Shown here: positions 53,319-64,000 of the stretch, in pieces
Position numbering within the stretch: position 1 is the first letter of the stretch
Layout: the number at the start of each line of letters is the position of its first letter
From: Octopus sinensis
Taxonomy: Eukaryota
DNA length: 64,000 nucleotides
Direction: 5' to 3'
Assembly (NCBI RefSeq): GCF_006345805.1
Contig: NC_043002.1
Coordinates: 70,866,001-70,930,000, forward strand
The notes under the pieces: generated by a model
What the model was told of the DNA's origin: nothing
What the model saw: the letters and a program-made list of their open reading frames with translations, nothing else
The model's database searches: none
Position numbers and translations under genes: made by a program

Positions 53319-53870
53319 TGAGTGAGAGAGCAGTGCATGCTATCAAAGTGTCACGGTTAAAATATACGAAGCTCAGTATACCCATCATGACTACACGTCT
53401 GATAAGGGTATACCAGGCACATGCATCACAATCATATGTGCGCGACATGGTGATCTCATATCCAAATAAACAGCGCATGACCTTGCAGGTGGGGCCCAGT
53501 TAGAATTTTCTTCTTATCGCGTAGCCCATCCCACTCAAAAGGTCCTTGAATAAGAATGGTTTAGGGATGTTGAACGAAACACCCATGATTCCAGATCTAA
53601 TTTATTCAAACCCCAAAGAATACCTCTCAACACATGGCTATGATGCTCCCCCACTACTTCTGGTTGTGATCAGAGACGCACATATCGTTAGCCACCAAGG
53701 GACATGCTCAACTGGTTATGGTCAAACAACTGAGAAGCAAATCTATGGTGTTGAGCAGAATATTGGCTTTAGCCCATCTTTTACACCAAGACAAAACAAT
53801 GTACGTAACACTTTCAATCAGTTAAGATCAGAAGCAATGAGAGAAACTGTCTGCTACTTCATCAGGGCAT
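53319..53870. mobile_element. ~550 bp non-coding insertion flanked by TTA-type microsatellites (probable non-autonomous element)
   Basis: Higher-GC block with sharp junctions into (TTA/TTG)n and (TTA)n; no recognisable ORF. Confidence 0.45.
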
Positions 53871-53927
53871 TTATTATTATTATTATTATTATTATTGTTA
53901 TTATCATTATTATTATTATTATTATTA

Positions 53928-54090
53928 AGGCGACGAACTAGCATAATTGTTAGCACGCCGTACAAAAGTATTAGCACCACTCTAGATTTCATCCTTTCGC
54001 GTTTCATAAAATGAGTACCAGTTGATTATTGGGGTCAAGGGAATCGACTTACTCCTCCCCACCAAATTGGTGACCTTGCGCCAAAATTTT
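53928..54090 (+). mobile_element. Diverged, internally deleted S2 SINE
   Basis: GGCGACGAACTAGCATAATTGTTAGCACGCCG head and S2 tail. Confidence 0.6.
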
Positions 54091-54938
54091 AAACCATTAT
54101 TAGTTTTGTTATTTCTGTTGTTGTTGAATATAATGTTATTGCTACGGTTAGTATTATTTGTCGAAGAAAAGCGATGTTTGCCGAGCATATTTTCTCTGTC
54201 TCGTAACTGGAGATTCAGAGACGCCAGTAATTTATCTTAAATCGGTTTAGAGTTAGCAGACATTTCAATGAAATAACATCAGGTATTCCCCTAGTTTGCA
54301 ATATTTATATAGTCTCATGTTTATATAGTTTCGTATTTTTATAGTTTCGATCTCATCTAAATTCAAAACTGCTTGTAATGGAACTTGTACACGAAAATTG
54401 TTAGAATATATTATGCAAATGGAGACATTTTTCTTACTCAGTATGCGGGATACATATCCGTCTATGGAATTGTCCTTCTTCGATGTAACATCTGAAATCA
54501 ATACGGGAAATTTATTCTTGATATTTCCTTAACATTCAGAGAAATGTCTTTATTACGTAACTTTGACAATGCATATTTGCAGAATTATGACAATAACGAG
54601 ACCATTTGTTTATCTATCATTCTTAGAAATCGATGTTATGTCATTCAATTGTGATCTCCCCTTGCCATTATTCGAAACTAGAATAAGCGACGCGAGGGAT
54701 TATAACTAACCTGTATAGTTCCAATAAAGACTGCTTCTAAATGCAATATCTTATGACAAATAAGGTTATTTGACAGAATATATCAGTTGCCGAACTTACA
54801 ATGTTTTCTCACGCCAAATTATGCAGTCATATGGCGAACATGCATATGTGAAGCTCACACAATGCTGATATAAAAATGTGGTCTATTTAATCATTTCAAC
54901 AACGCTCCACCCCACAAAAATATGCATATATAAATATA

Positions 54939-55505
54939 TTGGGTTGTCCGGAAAGTTCGTGCCAAATTATAGTAGCTTACATTTCGTCTTATTTCAGAAC
55001 ATGGCTGAGTCCATAAAATAGAATTTGACTACACCTCCATTTAGAGCACTGTTTAAGCTATCTTTTCGTGGAGAAAGATTTATGTTCCGTTAACCTGTGT
55101 TAATTCTGTAACCCTTTATAATGGAAGATAAGAAAGTTCATTTTCGGCACTTGATGCTTTGGGAACTAGACAAAAATTGCTGCAGCTCGGCTGGGATGTG
55201 TTACCCCACCCTCCATATTCACCAGATATTGCTCCTTCTGATTTCCACTTATTCAGGTCTCTGCAGAATAGTCTTAATGGTACAAATTTCAATTCTTTGG
55301 ATGACGTAAAAAAGATACCTTGATGAATTCTTTGCCATGAAACCACCTCAATTCTGGGAAGAGGGTATTTTCAAGTTAAAGGAAAGATGGTGACGCATTG
55401 TGCTACAAAATGGTTCATATTTGGTTGATTAAAATCGTAATGGTATGTATTTATTGACCTCTTTCTTTCCTTTAAAAATCGGTTCGAACTTTCCGGACAA
55501 CCTAA
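54939..55505 (+). mobile_element. Internally deleted mariner derivative
   Basis: TIRs TTGGGTTGTCCGGAAAGTTCG and CGAACTTTCCGGACAACCTAA; N-terminal MEDKKVHFRHLML fused to HPPYSPDIAPSDFHLFRSLQNSL and the C-terminal end; 5' TA, 3' TG. Confidence 0.88.
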
Positions 55506-56241
55506 TGCATTTGTATATGAAAGTATTTGATAGATATATTTTATAAATCTGTCAATAAGAGTTCCATAATGATATGGATAATATCTTGACAATTCTGAAA
55601 TTACATCCTAAAATCTTATTTCGGGTTTTTATAGAAAACAGATTTAATATGACTCCTAACAATGTCTAAATCACCGAGGAAATTCTGACATCAAACTCTA
55701 GCATCAAATCAGGAACATGTATTATACATTAAAGTGCATTTATTTTCAAATTAGAGATTGGTTAAATGAGAATAACAAATAATGGAAATGTCGGTATAAC
55801 CAGTTGAGATATGAGATAACAAAGAAAGAAATTAACATATTCTAACATCACTCATAAAAACCTGACATATCTCCTGGGTACCTTCAAATAAGCCCAATTT
55901 GTATAATTCCCATTCAATGAATAAGGAAATTTCAGCGTATTCTCAATTTATCCGTTGGAATAAAGTTGTTACACACTTTCATATTCTACTGGGATTTAGA
56001 GTCTATCTCATTCTGTCAGTAAATCAAAATTCAGCGATAAACGTCGGCTTTATGAGTCACTGAGGTTCTCAATAATGTCTGTTAATTTCCACGTTGTATT
56101 CTACATATTCTATTGTTTATAGCGTTTTTTTCTTCTTTTTCATACTGTTTTCCCTACACCCTATCTCTCTCTCTGACACATAATGAATAATTCTGTCTTT
56201 GCATATATCTATATAACTATATAATATATATATATATATAT

Positions 56242-56301
<60 letters not shown>

Positions 56302-56317
56302 CACACATACATGTATG

Positions 56318-56358
<41 letters not shown>

Positions 56359-56469
56359 ATGTATGTTATAACTACATATATATATAATATACACACAAAC
56401 GAACAAACACACACATATATTTCATCATGTATCCATTATTTGCTTTAGTCGAATGCAGAAATTTTGTCG

Positions 56470-56758
56470 ATTGAATCATTCTGGTTCTTATTTTAGCGGA
56501 CACTTTTGCCGAATCATTAAGTTACGGGGACATAAACAAACTAACACCGATTGTCAAGTGCTGCTGGGGAAATGGGGAGGTGGAGTACTCAGGGTCACAA
56601 AGCACCCTCCATCCCCCCCACCACATATACGACAGGCTTTTTTTCAGTTTCTGCCTACCAAATCCACTCCCTTGCCCAGATTGCCGCACACAGGGAGTGA
56701 AAACTTGGAATTATGCAATTGGGAAGCAAGCTACTTACTACACATCTACGCCTGCACC
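56470..56758 (-). mobile_element. S1 SINE with internal deletion
   Basis: S1 head, core and tail segments; followed by (TCTA)n. Confidence 0.75.
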
Positions 56759-56770
56759 GATATATATCTG

Positions 56771-56826
<56 letters not shown>

Positions 56827-57186
56827 CATTTTACTATCTACTTATCTCTCTCTATCTATCTTTCTCTATGTTTATATCTATCTTTCTCTCACCCTCTCAC
56901 TTCTATTCTAGCCTCTCTACTTACTCATTTTCTCGCTCTCACTCTTATACTCCCAGCCTTCATCCCCTTCCCTGTTTTTCTCTGTCGCTTCCTCTCCATG
57001 CTGTCTTTCTCCTCTGCTTGCTGTTGTCACGTAACCAGCAGCCAGTTTATATTTTTCTTCATTCTTAGACTGGTCCCTTAGCTGACCAATCGTACTGTCT
57101 CTCCAATCTTCAACACTCAACATATTTTTTTAGCGTTACGCACTATTCTCGACTCCTTAGTCGCAAAGTCGTGTTTTGTTAGATTA

Positions 57187-58321
<1,135 letters not shown>

Positions 58322-59439
58322 GTGAAAGTGTTTAATGAACAATAGCTGTATGTAGATTATCCTATGTTCTTTTAACCAATGATTACAGTAAGATAAAGAT
58401 ATATAACCTTACTGTAAGACAGAGAAATATAAACTAAAATAAATAACTATATCTCTGATTTCTTCAAAGAAGTTCAATGCAACGAAAATAGGAAAATATT
58501 ACAGAGATTAATGTCGAAAAAGGCTGGTAATTGTAAAAATATGTAAGCTTATCCTAAGCCAAATGTAACATAACATTGAATCATTCGTGAATAAACAGGG
58601 CAAAAAAAACCCCCAAAAAAACAAGAACAAAATCATTTTCGTTGCATTAGTCGTAAAATTACGTCAAAACTGTCCTCGCTATTTTTATTCTGGGAGAAAC
58701 ATTTCTTTTTTTTTCATCCCAAACGTTTTAGAAACTAATCTATAAGGAATAATCAATAGGTACAGTTTTATATAGTTAATGGCGTTAAGTGTCCTTTTGT
58801 ACTTGACTTATTCCACCGTTAGTCAGTGATTGATTGGAAGCATGTAAGCGTAATATTAGAATGCAATTGGGTTATATTTTAGACCGTTCAATCTTTATTG
58901 GGTAAAAGAATCAATGCTGTGAAATTAATTGATCCTTTATTTGGTTTAATACGAATTTATTTACCTATATTAAAAATTGAGTCGTATCAAGATTTATAAA
59001 GGTTTCTTCGAAAGAAAACCATACAGTGATGATTATTTCAGAATAAAAGACTTCAATTTAGGCTCCCAATACTATCTCATCTCTTTTCATTACTTAACCT
59101 GCTAGTAGTTAAATGGTGCGTGAAAACTGTTATTTGCATCGGGGATTATCTGTGCACTGAAACATGCAAATAATGAGACAGACCTGAACACAATTTACGA
59201 AATATATCAAAATGATATAATTTCCATTGGTATTTGAACCCTACCATCTGGATCTTTTCCGTTATGTTATTTATTCTTTGAAATTTCCCAATACATTTTT
59301 TGTGTAAATTGTATTTTTACAGGTAGGTTATTCCCTATATGTTGTTTTTTTTATGAGTTAGTATTTCAAACGCCGCTGAAGTCTGAGGTCATATAACAAT
59401 TTCTGTCTGTGTTTCTACTATCTCTCTCTGTCCCTGTCG

Positions 59440-59482
59440 CTATCTCTGTCTCTGTCTGTCTGTCTGTCTGTCTGTATGTCTC

Positions 59483-59517
<35 letters not shown>

Positions 59518-59530
59518 CTCTATCTCTATC

Positions 59531-59613
<83 letters not shown>

Positions 59614-59615
59614 CT
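59440..59615. repeat. (CTGT)n/(TCTA)n microsatellite
   Basis: Directly visible. Confidence 0.9.
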
Positions 59616-61188
59616 CTGCCTATGTATCGATTTTCAACCGCCTGTTGATATATCTTTCTCTAGATTTATCTACCCAAGTGTTGTATTTTAACATCTATTT
59701 TGTCTTTTATTTTCGCTTTTTATTCATCTCCCTCTTTATTGTCAATGTATTTTGCACACTATATATTCTGTTTTTTGTTTTCTTTTTCCATATTCAGCAT
59801 TGAATGCTTTCATTGTTTATGTATCACATCGCTACTACTTTAATGTTTAAAATTCCTTCCCCACTAATTCTCCACAAAAATTGCCTTCTATTTTCGTAGT
59901 TCGTTTATCTGATCACCTGTCATCTCATCCTTAATTCTCTTCATGTCTCCATCAACTATGAACGGAACCATTTAAAATTTTCCAATTTTCTATCCACTAA
60001 TCGATCGCTCTATTTTTCATTATCTGCTATCCATCTTCATAGGCATCTTTAATCTTCTATTGACTCGATGTTAATGTCTTATTTGCACCACTAGGTTATT
60101 TTGCATTGTCATTTTCACAGACTGGCTTCCATTCTTCATTTATTCCTCATGCTTTTCTTTATTGCTCTCCTGAACGAAGAAGGAAATACATTTAGTTCGA
60201 CTTTAATGCAAAACTAAATAATGACACTTTATTTTCACTTTCACAATCAAGTTTGAAATTTATATTTCTTTCACTTCCTGTTTTCTCATTACAGTTCTTA
60301 GGCCACTATTTGTATATTTGTAAATTACTTTTCGAACCTTTCCAAGCAATTAGATTTTCTAGCTAATTTTGACTTCTACATGCAATTCAAGATCAATTTT
60401 TCCTATTATCATAATCTACATTACCAACAACACCCTCGCTACCAGATACTTTCTTAAATTTTCTTAAAATTTTACATTAAATGTTTATAAAATTTCACAT
60501 TTCTGACAGTTATTTTATAGTTAAATTTTTATTTTTTAAAAACCATTTTGTTTTTAGTTCTCATTTATTGGCCATTTGTCTCTTTTATTTTCAGTTTATC
60601 GCTTTTCTTCCAACATATTCGCAATAAATCAATGTTTCACCTGTCCTTAACCTGCCCTACACATTCAAGCCTCAACCTCACAGAAAACCCGTTTAACGGT
60701 CTGAATATTCTGTTTTCTTTGTATCAGAGCAAACTTTTACGCAAGCGTATGACAATATCGATTTTTGGTGCCACACAACAACCAACTAATAATGCTTCTC
60801 TTGAAAGTATTTCTGCTTTATGTTTCTTTTTTTCTCTTTTTCTATTTTATGTCTTCTTTTTCTATTTTATTTTACCCAGAGTATTGGGTTTTATATTTTA
60901 TTATTTGCTGTGTGACTTTGATATTTTTGTTTTTATTATTATGCACTCTGAACTGGAATATATAATTTAGATTAACTATATAGTTTCCAAGAACATATGA
61001 TGCATGTATAGATATTTAGGCAATTTAGATGAGCGATAAAGCATGGATGAATACACTTATTTATCTTTCAATGCATTTACCTATGTAGCTATAAATCTCG
61101 TGATTTTCCATTTTCTTTATCCCTCCCCTTTAAATTCTCTTTCTATCTCGCTCTCTTTTTCACCTCCCTTACTCTGTCTCTTCCTCTT

Positions 61189-61231
<43 letters not shown>

Positions 61232-61378
61232 CATTTTTCTTTACCTCTTTCTCAGTCAATGTTTCAGGATCACTTATGTTACACTCCCTGAGTAATCTTG
61301 CGTACACAAACAAATAAACGCATACAGCGCACACACACACACATACACACACACACACACACATACACACACAATCTG

Positions 61379-61411
<33 letters not shown>

Positions 61412-61853
61412 CATATATATTATATATATATCTATAATATATATATATATATACATACATATATGCAGCAGAATAGTAGGCACAACAGACATATATAGAT
61501 TCATCGGAAAGTAGAAGTTGAGAAACGTAATTGGTAAAAGCAGAAACAGCAACAGCATACGTGTAAATTTGCATATGCTGAAATGTTTGTGTGTTTATAT
61601 TTCTGTGTACGTGCGTTTTTTGTTTGTTTATGGAGTGAACGTCAGGTTGATAGCAGGATGAAGGAAAATGAGATGCGAAAAGAACGGTTGAAAGTAATTT
61701 TGTTATTAATGATTTAACCCAGTCTTACTACATATCTATTATAGAGAAATGAATGACTTGCACGCGTGTGATTCATTATGTGCAAGTTAATGAAGAAGTG
61801 TGTGTGTGTGTAAGTATGGGAGTGTATATGTGTGCGTGTATGTGTGTTATTGT

Positions 61854-61897
<44 letters not shown>

Positions 61898-62827
61898 AGT
61901 GGTGTTGCCTAGAATCTAATGAAATGAAACGAGCGGTAATGGGCAATATATTGTAGTATTGGGAAGTGTAAACAATGAGATGGTGATATTTGTGGATAGA
62001 GGAAAAGGGAGATGATTTGTGAGAAAAGGGCGAAAGAAAAGAAAAGAGCAGGTTTCATACAGAGAGAAGGAGAGAAAGAGGACGTAGAAATAAAGAAAAA
62101 CAAAGAGAGGTGGCGAAATTTCTTAATTACGTCTATCTCAATAAAGCACAACGTATAAATTTGCCAATGGGGCCTATACTTGTTTACTCATCGTGCTAGA
62201 AGTACTTGCGAAATCTCTCACAAAGCACCTTCTGAAGTTTTAAATAACGAAAGAATACAAGGATTACCATAGTTTTACATATACATCTGTAACCTCGATA
62301 CAGTTACGGCTACATTAGTTGGGTTAACCTTGCACCAAACAACTAAATATTACATAAATATCAAGATGTTTAATAAAGGCAAGTAGTTTGATATTGTGTC
62401 CTCTGCTTCTTTTCTGTCATGGTTTGTGTCATAATAACAATTTCATTTAGAAACTGTTCGTCACACCTATTTCTAATTAAATCATTAGTTTTGAAGAACA
62501 CAACCTTATGAAAATACAGTGTTACCGACAAAAAGACAAAATTTTAACACCGAATTTAACACTCTACAAAACTATTAATTAGAAATAATAAAATGGGTGT
62601 TAACACACTTAGCAAAGAAATGTTAGTTAATTAAAAATAGCTTGTCTCATTATATTATGTTAGCACTCACGTTTTATCATTTGCTTTTCATTCGGCTAAC
62701 ATCGGTGCTAAGTTTTCCAAACTCAAATTATTCATGGGAAAATGTACGAAACTAGGGACTGTACTCACAATCTTTCTAAATCCGTTACAAACAGAAAATA
62801 ATTTCTTTAATATTGCAGTCTAACAAG

Positions 62828-63523
62828 GTGGCGGGTTGGTAGACTCGTTACCGCGCCAACCGAAAGTCTTAGCGGCATTTCGTGCATCTCTACGTTCTGA
62901 GTTCAAATTCCACCGAAGTTGACTTTGCCTTTCATAATTTCACGCTTGATAAAATAATTACCAGCTAAGCACTGGGATCGATGTCATCGACTTTCTCACC
63001 GAAACCGCTGAACTTGTGCCAAAATTTGAAGTTAATGTCTCTATCTAACGGCTTGTAAAGGATTTATATTTTCAATTATCAAGTCATTGGTGCAGAGTAT
63101 GCGAATAATTCTTTCTACTGCAGACACAAGGTTTTAAATTTCGAGGAGTGGGTTAGTGAATTATATTGACCTGGTACCTAATTTATAGAACCCCAAAGGA
63201 TAAAATGCAAGGTCGACTTTGTTGGAAATTGAACTTAGAACGTGATAACGGAAGAAATGCCGCTAAGCACTTTGCCCGGCAAGCAAACTATTCCTATTTC
63301 TTTATTTCCTACAAGGGGCTAAACATAGAGCGGACAAACAAGGACAGACAAATGTATTAATTAGATTACATCGACCCAGTGCGTAATTGGCACTTAATTT
63401 ATCGACCCCGAAAGCATGAAAGGCAAAGTCGACCTCGGCGGAATTTGAACTCAGAACGTAGCGGCAGAAGAAATACCGCTAAGCATTTGGCCCGGCGTAC
63501 TAACGATTCTGCCAGCTCACCGC
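62828..63523. mobile_element. S2 SINE (plus, 62828-63030) and two joined S2 copies (minus, 63120-63523)
   Basis: S2 signatures; the junction differs from the 14.2 and 39.3 kb dimers. Confidence 0.78.
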
Positions 63524-64000
63524 AAACTATTCTGCCAGTTCGTTGCCTTAGGGTAACTGCATATTAATAGGTTAGTCACAACTGGAAAAGAATACATATA
63601 ACCATAGATGTATTTAATTATTGATCACATTTGGCTTAACAAATACTTATAACAAAATTGCCATTAGTTGATAATTATTATCCGTTTACTATTATGATTT
63701 TCGTGCAGGGAACTAGGAAGAAAACAGGAATATTCGTAGCTGCCATGCTTCTGAGTTCAAGTATGTTTCATCGAGATTAATAGCAACAAATTTCGAGAAT
63801 GTTGTTTTAAAGGACGCTCAGATAATTCTAATATATATCTGACGTCATGACTAAATGTTCAAGAGAATGAACTGCGTAATATAAAGTATAATAAAGTTAG
63901 CCACCAGTCATAAATAACTATGATCCAGAAACTTGTTCTATGCTTTCCCTAATTTTTATTAGGCTCGTCTGTTGTTGCAAATATGAGTGCATGATGCTTT

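Noticed and set aside
53800-53870. HDV-like ribozyme at the end of the 550 bp element
   Set aside because: I could not assemble consistent P1, P2, P3 and P1.1 pairings by eye in this copy.

Overview
A very AT-rich, repeat-dominated eukaryotic (animal) genomic window. The SINE, LINE and microsatellite landscape resembles an octopod cephalopod genome; that is inferred from repeat types and not verified. There is no intact, recognisable host gene. Most ORFs in the supplied track are artefacts of (TA)n, (TAA)n, (TACA)n and (TCTA)n microsatellites. Supported content: (1) four 5'-truncated R4/Dong-clade non-LTR retrotransposons from two families (Cx2Cx8Hx4C knuckle plus restriction-like endonuclease), all inserted in (TAA)n tracts; (2) a decayed Chapaev3-like DDE transposon that keeps both TIRs and a TTA target duplication; (3) two mariner relics, a pogo/Tigger-like MITE, and a 7 x 132 bp tandem array built from a mariner-MITE/flank junction; (4) two non-autonomous Helitron-like elements; (5) two RTE-type LINE 3' fragments; (6) many tRNA-derived SINE copies; (7) one candidate host exon on the minus strand. 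The most interesting signal is five hammerhead-ribozyme-like motifs in short non-coding elements that abut (TA)n tracts. One is a fully canonical type I hammerhead at 10259-10339 (minus), three are minimal or variant motifs with covarying stems, and one has a long stem II hairpin. They point to Penelope-like (pLTR) or retrozyme-like elements, possibly TA-targeted, alongside a parallel TAA-targeted R4/Dong system with likely non-autonomous passengers.
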